DNA of 64,000 nt from Botryllus schlosseri (lineage: Eukaryota). Both the position numbers and the translations under genes were made by a program. The notes below the pieces were generated by a model. It was not told the origin of the DNA. It saw only the letters and a list, made by a program, of their open reading frames with translations, and made no database searches. The stretch is from NCBI GenBank assembly GCA_051294905.1, contig CM119371.1, forward strand, positions 34,164,001 through 34,228,000. The letters run 5' to 3'. Shown one piece after another: positions 37,350-49,252 of this stretch (position 1 is its first letter; each line of letters opens with the position of its first letter).

Positions 37350-40265
37350 TCTATAATAATTTAATAGAGTCAGCCTTTTTTGACGATTTACCAAGCTAAT
37401 GCAAAGCTTTGCGCAATCGCCATCTTGCTTGAATAAACTACTTTTTCATTGGATCGTAACCTTGTAGTGTTTTGATGTTATGTAATTTTAATACACTTAG
37501 ACTCGTAGCGCCTACCGTAATTTGCCATGTATACTAGGCACCCTTAAAATGACTTGTACATTATGGGGAAAAGCGTGTACCCATGTATAGTACACACCCT
37601 GCATTCGCAGAACGTGAATAGTTATGTTTTAGTATTCGATGTCATTCTGTTTTGCGATGTCACTGTTGAAAAATCATGACATAACGATCCTTAATCATTA
37701 TACCCTTATCGGCATTGTCTCTAAGCCAGTAGTTTTCAAACATTTTCAGACACGCCTCCATTTTTATAGTGAAAAATTTTGCGGCCTTCTTAATATCATA
37801 TCACAAAATGCAACCAGAATGCTGGCAATCCCAACGCATATAATAGTTTAATGGCATGGAAGGTTGTGACTGTTGATGAGAGGGGGTCGATTTCGCCCAC
37901 GTCGGGAACTACTGACCTAGGTGGTGTTTGGAGACGATGCACAGAATCTGGCTTGTATAATTGGCCGTGTCATCACCCAATGATTTGTTGCGAGGGTGCT
38001 GCACAGTACTGCCAAGTCCATATGTCACTGTCATCTGTAAACCAGCAGGAGTTTATCTCAAAACTATGAGATATGTCATCAAGTCATGTGATGGAAGATA
38101 TAATCATGACGGTGTATAGGCCTATATGTGCATGTTATATGTAAACAAATATTGTGAAGTATATAATGAACCAATATGTATAACAACATATCTGAATGAA
38201 ATTTGCACAATTATTGTCACTCAAACTAAATGAACAAGTATCTGTGCAGAGAAAAATATGAATATATTTAGGAAACGAAAGCAAGATTTCAAGCATGCAG
38301 GAAAGTATGTTACACATACAGTATTTGGGCTGCGAACTCCCGCACAAACTTTGAACATTTCTATGGTTTCGCTTTGTGGATGGATGTTATTTTGAGACGC
38401 CGACGCTGCTGCGATTTTACCCATTGGCTACATTTCCGTTGTTCAATTTGTTGGAGAAGTACGACGCTTTATCGCCACCGCGTGTAATAATTAATTATTA
38501 TCTTATCGATGATACACAATAAAGTTTCAGGTGGCGAGCGACACAGTGACGCGATCTTCTGCCTCTAACACCAAAAAGAGTCTTACCAATATTGACTTTA
38601 CATTTCCATCCGATCCCAAAACACAATTTATTACTATTACAGATAGAATCAGTGGGATGAGTGGCGCTTATCACATCGACAGGCTGGTTGTGTGAAGTTA
38701 CAGAACATTCATAATATATCACGAAAATAACATACTGCACGTGTAAATATAAAAAGCATAGATAGGATTTATGATGTTCTTCCCTTCGATCTAACATGCT
38801 AAACCACATATTGCAATATTTGCGGATCTGAAAGTAGACTACGCATAGTTATATTCTTCACCTCTGCATGGCGTCGTAATCACTTCCTTCGAAGGTGGTA
38901 TTTTCTGCACTCAGATAGTGCTCTACGGTTTTTATCAGTACAGCATGCATAGTCGTGAGTTGCTGCATCCGGTCTTGCTCATATTGTAATTGAGTCTGCA
39001 ATGCATCGTTCTTACGGCGGCACTGCAATCAAATTTCCAACCCTTGTTTCACGGCAGTTAGTCTTTCATGTACCTGGAGTCGTATTTCCTTGTACTCTCT
39101 CCCAATATCTGTTGATTAGTATGCGACTCCACTATTGCATTGATAGATGCGATTCCACTCTTAAATGGCTGAGCAATGAGCGGCAAGTCGCGCCTTTCAA
39201 TAACCTGGAACGAAAGTGGACCGCGTATAAGGCAGCCGTATACGGGAATATGAGGTAGAATATGAACCCGGTGTAAAATAACCATCGATGTCGAAGTATC
39301 ATTACCGTCAAACCAGAGCAACAAGACCACCGCCAACAACAACAACATTACCAATTGCAACAACTCGTTTGTGCCAACGTTAGGTGCGGTATCGTGAGGA
39401 CGACGAAGACCGTCCTCAATGTTATTTGTTCATATTTGTTGTCGATGATTTAAGTGTGTAAGGGATATTATTTGCAAATTATATCACCATCGACTAATAT
39501 CCAGCGTATAAGCATCATAATCTGGTCGTAGATTAGCAATGTATTTATCCGAACTCTGTGACAGGCCGTAAATGCATGAATAAAGCATCGCTCTCCCATC
39601 AGGCATGTCCGGAACACGATGCATGAACACGAAATGTTATACCGTCAATCCTCTTATTTAAAGAATACCCAGCATTTCGAAAGTGGATTACATGGGTTCT
39701 TTGGCCGGAATTGAACCAGAATTACCTGGTCTCGATGGTATAGTCCAGGATTGACCAACGCGGTGCCCGCGGGCCCCAGGTAGCCCGCGAGGACCAGATG
39801 AGTAGCCCGCGAGCCTGTTCTAAAATAGATCTAATAGCAACATTTACCAACATTCGTCAGATTATTCCCAATGAGATTTTAAATATATAGCTTGATTTAT
39901 TTAACTATTCTTGTTTAAATCACACTAACCTGTTACTTACTAATGACAATACATAAACACTTAAAATGACGATATCAAATATCCTCAATTACAATTAGTA
40001 ATATACCAACACGTAATAAAATCACAAGATATCGAAGACGTATTATACCGCGCACTGCCTATACAGGCGACATGACGGATGGAATGCCATCGACGATCTT
40101 CTTGATTTGACTTGACTCGAGTCACTTTGCAGAAATGACTTGACTTGACTTAACGTTTCAGAAATTCGGATTGACTCGTTACGCGAAGTAAAATTTACGG
40201 GTAATCTGAAAAGAGGACACTTTTTAAAAAATTTGATACTAAGAAGGCAAAAACTTATGACGCTG

Positions 40266-40389
40266 CGTATTGTTCGAGCATGAATAGGCATAACGAGACA
40301 CTGTGTTTACCTTAAGTGAGGCGCATATTGCGTATTGTTCGAACATGAATAGGTATAACGAGACACTGTGTCTACCTTAAGTGAGGCGC
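40266..40389. repeat. Tandem duplication of ~60 bp
   Basis: cgtattgttcga.catgaatagg.ataacgagacactgtgt.taccttaagtgaggcgc occurs twice. Confidence 0.85.
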
Positions 40390-41257
40390 GACACCGTGAA
40401 AATGCGCAAACCTGTTGGGCAATCTTAGGTGAAATCAACTTCTAATTGAGTCAACATCACTACGTTTGCAGAGTTAGTTCATATTTATATTACTCTCTAC
40501 CCCATCAAATTGTAACTTGTTATTGCCGTATCCATGTATGCACAATTGCACATCCCGAATTCACCTGTGCGATTGGCAATACGGGGAAGTTAATTGTATC
40601 GGGTTTTGTCTTATTGCTTTGTGTGACTACTAAATCAACTGGGAATGTGGTTGAGACCTTTGCTCACGTGGAATTTTAGTCCTGCACCAATCTCTCGACT
40701 TTAACATGAATGTATTCCAAACAAAGCAATCTATATTATATAACAAGGGTTCTTAATATATGGGTCGCGTAGGCTACAGCTGCTGTCTGCGCGTTCTCTA
40801 CGCCCGTAAAATGTAGCATACTAATATTAGATAAACCGCTGCATTCGTGGAAACATCGTTGGTGCAGGTTTCGCGCGGATCGCGACGAAAATATTCGAGA
40901 TTTAACAGATTTTGTCGAATGCGAAGCCATTTCGTTTAGCGCCCCCATACCCCCCTGAGCCCAGCGTTCCACATATCACCCCTGAGCGTTTACGCCCCCT
41001 TCAAAATCAAAATCGCCCCCTGGAGGGCGCTGGAGACAAGGTTAAGTAAGAACCACTGGTGTAAACGATCATAGTTGTCGACAAACACCATGAATACCAC
41101 AAACAAACGTTCAAACATGGTGTCGCTGCTGCGCTCGTGATTAGCCATATGTCCATGCTGTGTGCACTGTGCAACCTTATTTGACTGCCCCTGGCGCAGA
41201 GCCATAGAGATCATACACATTGCTATCCCGTGTGACTTGGTGTTATGAGGTCAAAAC

Positions 41258-42020
41258 TAGGGATGGTATGAACGTGACGTTCACGTTCGCGTTCTGTTTG
41301 TAAAGCTCTGAAATTTAGAGGTCATATACACATACGAACCTTGGTAGGTTAAGTGAACCTTTTTCATATATTACAATTTTCATATCATTACAACATCTTT
41401 GGTTGAAATTTATTGCATTTCCACTGCGGGCTAGCATAAAAATCAACACTAAACGAGCATGCATCTTCACAATTTCGAAATTTTTACCTGCTTTGTTACA
41501 AAAGTTTGCTCGAAATATCCAGCTTTCCATATTTGTTAATATTTAGTGACTCTCTGCTGTGAGCTTGACCCGAAATCACAAAACATCAAGAACGAAATAC
41601 GCTACGTGAAGGTAGTCAGCGAGTGATGTTTATTCAACCAATCATTGAAACTGATATCGTTGTCAGATGCACAAAATCTAACAAGCGCCCGGGGTCCATG
41701 TCGATTTCATTTGTTTATTGTATCATCAAAATCAAATCCGTACGATTGGGGTGTTCGCTACTGCTGTATAGCTTGTTAATAGGGTAAAACCCGTTTTCCA
41801 CTCAGCTTAATATCAATGTAGCAACACTCAGACGTCGAATATATTGTCCAGTCTGGCCCCGACCGTTAAGGCGTAAGTCTATATGCCCTTGCATGTCCTC
41901 GTCGAAATTGTTGGCAAAGCGACGGAAGATACTGATTTTATGGGATTATTACGTTATTTGATTCATGCATTTAATACATTTGGCGACGTTTAAAAAGTCA
42001 GTATGTACTTCAGAATTGTA
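41258..42020. mobile_element. Partial TAGGGATGG-family MITE (inverse of 47358-48364)
   Basis: Starts tagggatggtatgaac. Internal sequence is reverse-complement similar to 47570-48364 and stops at the Harbinger end. Confidence 0.7.
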
Positions 42021-43064
42021 GCGTTAAGGCCTCTGCACACTGAACTCGCGACGCAACATCGCGAGTTGCGCGTCGCGAGTTGCGAGTCGTAAGTCGCGAC
42101 GCAAAGCACACTGCTGCCAAATGAGTACTCGGCAGTGCCCACAGGCGGCAACTACCTCAAGCGCCAGTTCTGCCAGAAATCTCTCTGAGCAAAAATACAC
42201 ACTGCTATGGGCGATCAACATCAATGATCATACGAATGAAGTCGCACAATAGTATGCGCTTGTCCGACAAAAAAAACAATGTATTGCGTCATCAGCCATT
42301 GTAGATTTAGGCTTGGCATAATTCAAAACTATGACTACACACGACACAAACTTAATATCCTCTGCATACTGCTTCAGTCAGACTTGGCCATTTAGATAAT
42401 TCTATTTGTCAATATTCTAATTAAAGCGAAATGATTGCAATTATGATCCAATTTATGACATCTTACTTTGCTATAATCTAATTTCTGGTTTCCTGTAAAC
42501 GCTGCAGAGCTGTACAGTGCAAAGCGAGCCAGGGCTGCTGTACAGACGTTGTAATTATGATCTAAGTTATGACATCTTACTTTGCTATAATTCGAATTCA
42601 ATTGTGAAAAGCTGAGAATTTTCTAATGGTCCAACTCTGGTTAAGTGACCAGCAAGTCTTCGTATCCCGGTGCACAACTTCTTACATAATGTAGAGTCCG
42701 ACATTCAACAGCAATTTCATTTTATTTTTCAATCAGTCTTCAAAGATAATCTCAGATATTTTTTTTTCATTTTGATAATGGATTGCTCTTCAGGCATCAA
42801 CCGCAACTGGTTTGTGATGAAGTCGCCGAAAGTTTGAAACTGGTCCGTGGGCTGGCTCACTTCTTCAGTCGAAGCTCTCAGGAACTTTATCATCTCCTCC
42901 TTAAAAATAGATTTATGAACATAATTACAACAGCAAAGCTAATAGGAAGCTGTGGTAGGCTTATATGACATACGAGCATAACCAACCGCCAATTACATAT
43001 TCATTGTTGCTGTTGCATCCAGCTCCATTCCATCGAGCAACGGACGAGCAAGCACTGTTACGAA

Positions 43065-43376
43065 TTGTTTCGACGCGACACTCCGATCTAATGAATGCCG
43101 ATTTAGCAGGCGTCGAATCCTGTCTGCTGCACTAAAATCTGCTACCGTGGACTAGGCAAACCTTGCGTATCACTCTCTCGATTAGGCCTACGCATCTTCA
43201 TTCTTCATGTTTCAACCAAAGCCTTGTTCAATTCGGAGTGCTCGGTTGTGTAAGATTGAATATAAGAGTGATACGCAAGGTTTGCCTAGTCCACGGTAGC
43301 AGATTTTAGTGCAGCAGACAGGATTCGACGCCTGCTAAATCGGCATTCATTAGATCGGAGTGTCGCGTCGAAACAA
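43065..43376. repeat. Perfect 112-bp inverted repeat with 88-bp spacer
   Basis: 43065-43176 is the exact reverse complement of 43265-43376. Confidence 0.95.
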
Positions 43377-43974
43377 CTATCAACATACTGCAAAAACAAT
43401 GGTCTACTGCCTCCCATTTATCTCTTTCATTTAGCTCCGTAAAGTTCAAAATAACCAATCATGACTCTGGCCACACATCTTACACTCATAAATAAACTTA
43501 CACTCATAAATAAACTAAGTAGTTTTGGTTATACGCTTAGTTGACGTTTAGTTGGGTAATGGTATAGTGACTATTGATACTGCCTTTGACACGAGGTAGG
43601 CCTACTGTAATTACTTGAACTTTGCTTTTGTCTGCATGACAATAAGGCCTCTTTTTATTTTGGTATCGTTGGGCAGTCTGATTCTGCGAATCTACATCAG
43701 CAGCAACTGGGGATTCTAGATTTGCAGCAACTAGGGAGACGTTGATCGAGCCCCCTGAAACTATCAAGCACCATGAGGATCTACATGTCGTATTGAAAAT
43801 ATCTGAACTCATGTCACCATCGCTAGATGCCGAAATGCTCACACCCGCCTGATCTGCCAGCAGCACTGGTTGTGAACTCAAATTATCAACTGAACTAAAA
43901 ATAAACCAGCAACAATTTGAAAATTACTCAATTTCTGAACTAATGACAAAATGGCATCCATTACTCCTTGTGGG

Positions 43975-44492
43975 TAGGGCTGGGCACAATGATTCGAGTA
44001 CTCGAATCTGAATCGAGTATTAATTTTAATGATTCGAGTCGAGTAGTAAAATACGATTATTTCGAGTACTGAAATTTTACCCTACTCGCCATAGAAAGTT
44101 TATTTGTCAGCGAGAATGATAGTTTCAATACTGATTTTCACTGTTGAAGCATTGGAACCTTGATTGCCCGTATCGTAGCATACGAAACATATAGTACAAA
44201 GATACGTACGTTACTGGGAAAAGCATCATTTTCGAAAACATGATCATCCCACAGCATTCTCACCAAGTGCAATGAAATTGGTCTGGTCGAAAAAGTACCG
44301 AAGGATATTTAATGTAATGGAAAACACGCATGATATTCTTCGTGGTCGCATAAAAGGGACATATTTGAACCTAAACATGTTACATTCTGTTATGGCATCA
44401 TAATGAGTGATACTCGATTACTCGACTCGACTCGAACCATATTACGTGATTCAGAATCGAATCACTCAGATACTCGATTTTGCCCAGCCCTA
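43975..44492. mobile_element. TAGGGCTGGGCA-family MITE, copy 1
   Basis: TIR tagggctgggca / tgcccagcccta with exact TSD cttgtggg. Confidence 0.92.
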
Positions 44493-45024
44493 CTTGTGGG
44501 TCAAGACTGGGCCCAGAAAACTCATTTGAGAGTAATATATCCAAGTTTCGGGAACGGCTGCAGCCGACCCACTGGGAATACCCTTCCGCTTCTTGTGTTT
44601 TCTACCATATTGTGTCCGTAGACTTGTCCAACGTCGCTGGCAAATATCAGCTTTAATAGAAGGTCAGAGTTATAAATGTCTGGTCTCCCAGCTGACTATG
44701 TGTAAGTCCATATACTTACGAGCAACTGAGAGGGTAGCTGCGATATCTCTCCACGCATCCTCGATCGATGGCCAGTTTTTGTGTTGATGCAGTTGAACAT
44801 CCCAGATTGCTGCATGCTGATTGCTGGGACACAAGGTCGATGGTTAAAAAAGGAGTCCGTTTAATAATCTTGAATACCAACTTTCAGACAGGTTTAATTT
44901 ATAGACTACCAATCTGTGGAGAAAATTCATCATAACAGTAGTGGAGAACTTTCTTCACCAATACAAAAAGAATTTATCAAACAACACAACAAAATGAAAT
45001 CTGCCAAGAAACACTCAAACAAGT

Positions 45025-45560
45025 TCACTGCCAGGGAACTGACCCAACCGTCTCAAAATATCTCATTAATATATTTCTATAATGTCCAACTTCCCTGTTG
45101 TAGTTATTTGATCCCATGAATGATAAAGCGGCCAAGTGGCCGTGGTGGATAACTGTGGGAAATTCGGCTCGCCAATTTCCATCAATGATACTGCCATTTG
45201 AACCAACAACGTCCCCTTGAATACCAATGTCGGCCCTTCTGCTACTGTTACTGGATTGAAAAAAATTATGCAAAACAACTGCAGCTTGCACAACAATTTT
45301 GGCCCGCTCAACATCACAGCTGATTGGACGATAGAAAATCTGAAATCGAACTGCTAGTATCCCAAAAGCATTTTCTACGACCTGTCTAGCTCTACTGTGC
45401 CTGTAGTTGAAAATTCTCATTGCTCTCCCCAGAAAACGTCCAGGGTATGGTTTAAGCATACCAATTTGTAGTGGAAAGGCATCATCACATGCAAAAAAAT
45501 AAGGCATGATAATGTTGGTCGAAGGCAAAAAGTTGGCTGGAGGAATTGCCGAAGTGTTAT
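45025..45560 (-). pseudogene. Harbinger (HARBI1-like, DDE_Tnp_4) transposase C-terminal half
   Basis: PYFFACDDAFPL...LKPYPG...RIFNYRHSRARQVVENAFGILAVRFQIF...LHNF. The N-terminal half is absent. Confidence 0.9.
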
Positions 45561-47357
45561 TTTCAAATCTCTTATACTACTGCTCTACCTCCATACACGG
45601 AGAGTTTCGGGCTGCGGCTCTACGCTATGATTGCTCCACCTATGCGGTATTTCCGAGTTTGCCTATCCGGAAGATGGCGCTGATGAATCGAAGCAAAAAT
45701 ATCCTGGATAGCACTAAGTTGGTGAAATCATATCCGGTAACTGGTGCTAGTCAGTTGCGAGATAGGTTGTCACACTCATGTTACTAATTAGAAAGCATTG
45801 TCGCCGTGACTTTACCACTAAATTTCTTTGATGCGTGCCGACTAAGGTTATATTCACTAACTCTCTGTTTTCGTGCACCACCGTTTCGGCATTTTGGCTA
45901 TGAATTCAAACTCTATTCACAAAGAATGTAGGTCTTAACCATCTGATAATATAAATCGTTTATATATTTCACGTGATTGAGCAAACACCATAACATTTCA
46001 GAGACACACAGTCAGGATATAATTAGTGATCGTCCACACGTTCTACATTTCAATAACACTCGTTAGGCGAAGTCCTAATTACTGACGAGATCGTCGTTAC
46101 GACAGCACAGGAATTGACTTTCAAACTTTTGGGTATACTTAACGGACGGTGGATTTGTGATAGTGAGGTCGCGAAATATCGAATGCGACTCAATGGCTTG
46201 ATTATTGAGGTCCCTGTATCAGCATACCAGTTTTTAACACTGAAAATATGGCGCACACGACAAATCCGATGTAGTGAACGTTAATATGACGTCATGAACG
46301 TTCAACCTTGCAAGAATAAATAGCCTACAAGACCAAGGTTCTTTTTGATACCGCACTTTGGCCAGCCATATGTTAGTCAAAAATTCATGTCTTCATGTGT
46401 CCAGGCGCGGAAGGGGTTTTCCTCGAAATGCCTGCATCTCATAGTCCTACACCCACTCGTTGCACCCGCCTATATTAAAGAATCCAAACGGTCTCCGGCG
46501 GAGTTTTCCAGAGAACCAATGTCGAATTACAATTTTCCAGGTCATTATAATATCTTTGGTTTAATTCTTTGCGTTTCAACTTCAGACCACTCTCCGCATG
46601 GCTACTGGCGTTCATAGTGACCGAGGCACCGCTTTCGTTTCCAAGGATTATTTACTCTCTCGTGGGGTTGCATCTGCAACTAGTTCACTGCGCCTTATCA
46701 CCCTATAGGAAATTCGCAGCACAAATGTCTTAATCAAACTATGTTTTGAGGTCGAACTTTTTGAAGCGAACCCGACTTCCGCACGTATCCGTTTTCCCAA
46801 CGGCCCCGGGTCCAACATCTTGCTCAACGATTTGACCCGTTTCTACTGGAGAAGAAACACCTTCGAATATTCAGGAAACCCAACAAACTTAAACTTTACC
46901 AGTCAACATTGATGGCCACGAGCAAAGTCGCGAAGTTTCGAACGGTGAGCTGAAGTCATGTGATGAACAGCCTCAATAATCCAACCATTCAGATGGTGCA
47001 CCAGATGATTCAAGTAGATATGTAGAGGCATAGGCACTGAACTCTAATTTTCCCTAGGTATGCGGGATCGATGACGTCACAAGGAGCTGACGTGATAGTG
47101 CGTCAGAATCGACAAATGAGCCGACTCGCAAGCGTTCAATATCACCTGCCACTTGTATATGGTGACAAAATTACGATACTATTAAGCAGGCGCGTAGCCA
47201 GCCGGCCGCTTTCTGAATTGATTGAATTCATTTCAAATTTACCAAGGTAGCATCAGTTTATTATGGTCAAGTAGGCTACGTCCACCAATGCCGATAATGC
47301 TTCGATCGGACCAGCATCCTTGTGTAACGGACTCGCACGTATGATATACATAAATAC

Positions 47358-48364
47358 TAGGGATGGTGTGAACCTCTGAAAGGTTCAGGTTCGTGTGAAC
47401 GCGAACCTTTTTGAAAGGTTCTGTGTGAACACGAACGTGAACCTCGTGACGTCACGTGACGTCATATTGCTAATTCAAACCCTATCTTCCAATGAAGTGG
47501 TAGCCTATATTAATGTACAGTGTACACGATACCTAGCGAAGACTCGGTCCACATAATGCCACAATGCTGAAGTACATATTGGCGTTTTAAACGTCGCTAA
47601 ATGTATCAACCGCGGTAATCAAAGGATATAATAATTGCATAAAATCAATACATTCCGTCGCTTTGCCAACAATTTCGACGAGAACTTACCAAGGAATATA
47701 AGCTTACGCCTTAACGGTCTTAGCCAGACCGGACAATGTGTTCGGAGTCTGAGTATTGCTACATTTATATTGAGCAGAGTGTACAACGGGTCTCTATACT
47801 CGATACCGATACCACAAACAGCAACAAGTTATGCAGCAGTAGCAAGCACCTTAATCGCACGGATTTGGTTTTAATGATACAGTAAAGATATGAAGTCAAG
47901 ATTGACTCCGTACGCCCGTTCGATTTTTTAGATCAGAAGACGATATCAATGTCATTGATTGGTTGAAAAAGCATCATTCGCTGACTACGTATATATCGCT
48001 CGTGATGTTGTGTGATTGCGGGTCAAGCTCACAGCAGAGAGTCACTAAATATTCACAAACGGAAAGCTGGTTTTTCCGAAAAAATTTTTGCAACAAAGCA
48101 AGTAAAACTTTTAAGGTTGTCGAGGTGCATGCTGCATGCTCGTTTAGCGTTGATTTTTTATGCTGCCAGCACCATGCATGGAGTGGCCCGCAGTTGAAAT
48201 GCAATAAATTTGAGCCAAAGATCTTATAATGGAGTGAAAATTACAATTTACCAAAAGGTTCACAGTGCAGAACCTACCAAGGTTCTGTTGTGAACGCGAA
48301 CCTCTAAATTTCCGAGGTTCACACACAGAACGCGAACGTGAACCTCAGGTTCACACCATCCCTA
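47358..48364. mobile_element. Complete TAGGGATGG-family MITE with GTGAAC subterminal repeats
   Basis: TIR tagggatggtgtgaacc / ggttcacaccatcccta with exact TSD ataaatac. An end fragment also occurs at ~10950-10999. Confidence 0.92.
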
Positions 48365-49252
48365 ATAAATACTCGACACATCACGCTACCACAACCATGA
48401 GATTACTAGCGAGCCCGACGGTGCAGTCAATTAGCAAGCAAGCTCGCAATCTCCCACAACATATTCGGCAACACGCGCGCCGACAATCGGGAGATTTCAA
48501 TCACTCCGCCCGAGAACAAACGAGTCTTTGGTGACGGCTAATAAACTTAAGTTACAGAAAATATTTTCCTAAATGGAAAGTCTGTTTCAGAGGAGTCAGA
48601 AGTTTCGATCTCAAGCCAACAAGAAATTTTCCGACCGTTCTGTTTTAGTATTAGCGTTAATCAAACTCAATTACGCCGCTGTCTTTTCACGCCGTTCACG
48701 GTACTCAATCAATTCCGTCCACGTTGAAAGTTCATTGTCTGAGCCAGTCTGACATCACAATCACAGAAGTCGCGATTGTTCCTGCCTGCGCATCAGCTAT
48801 CATATTCCTAGTTCCTACACATAGCCTATACAGCAGATGACAATCGCCACATTTCTTCAGTATCGGGGTCTCGGTCTTGTTGCCTAGCGTTGCGTCTTCT
48901 AAATAGCGAGCATTCGATCAATAAATTTAGGCTCATAGCCGAGTTATGGAGTCTGTTCTATAATAGCATCGTTTTCAAGTGGTTCAAAGCTTTCTCCTCT
49001 TTTATAACTCAAGCTTTGACATACATCTTCTGACGGTTATGTTACAGTATTAGTGGAGATGAAGCACGCGTACATTGTACGTACGCCTCGCACATGTTTA
49101 CGGACATTCGATGTCATTTTATTTTGGAGATGTCAATCTTTAATCACAATCGAGAGATAGGAGCCAAAGCATGCTAGGCTCGAGACGCAATAGTTAGGTC
49201 ACCGATGATATATGTCGTATCGGGCCTATATTGCAGATGCAATTGTGTAAGG

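Larger units (their letters stand above)
25065..39950. repeat. Right arm of large inverted duplication, interrupted by a ~9.6 kb insert (27134-36776)
   Basis: Homology stops at ...ctgcattca (27133) and resumes at caagtatgcaattt (36777). These are contiguous in the left arm near 22890. Confidence 0.93.
42740..44845 (-). pseudogene. Spliced MADF(Myb/SANT-like)-BESS accessory gene of Harbinger
   Basis: Exon QHAAIWDVQLHQHKNWPSIEDAWRDIAATLSV is followed by a gtaagt intron, then DICQRRWTSLRTQYGR...SGSAA...WIYYSQMSFL. C-terminal DQFQTFGDFITNQLRLMP is BESS-like. Interrupted by a MITE. Confidence 0.75.
42028..45560 (-). mobile_element. PIF/Harbinger transposon, truncated, with transposase and MADF-BESS gene remnants
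   Basis: Terminus-like taa-ggcctctgcacactg at 42028. Both genes lie on the minus strand in tandem. The other TIR was not found. Confidence 0.75.

Noticed and set aside
19855..39950. Palindrome as a sequencing fold-back chimera
   Set aside because: The arms differ by many substitutions, indels and TSD-flanked insertions, which a read artefact would not produce.
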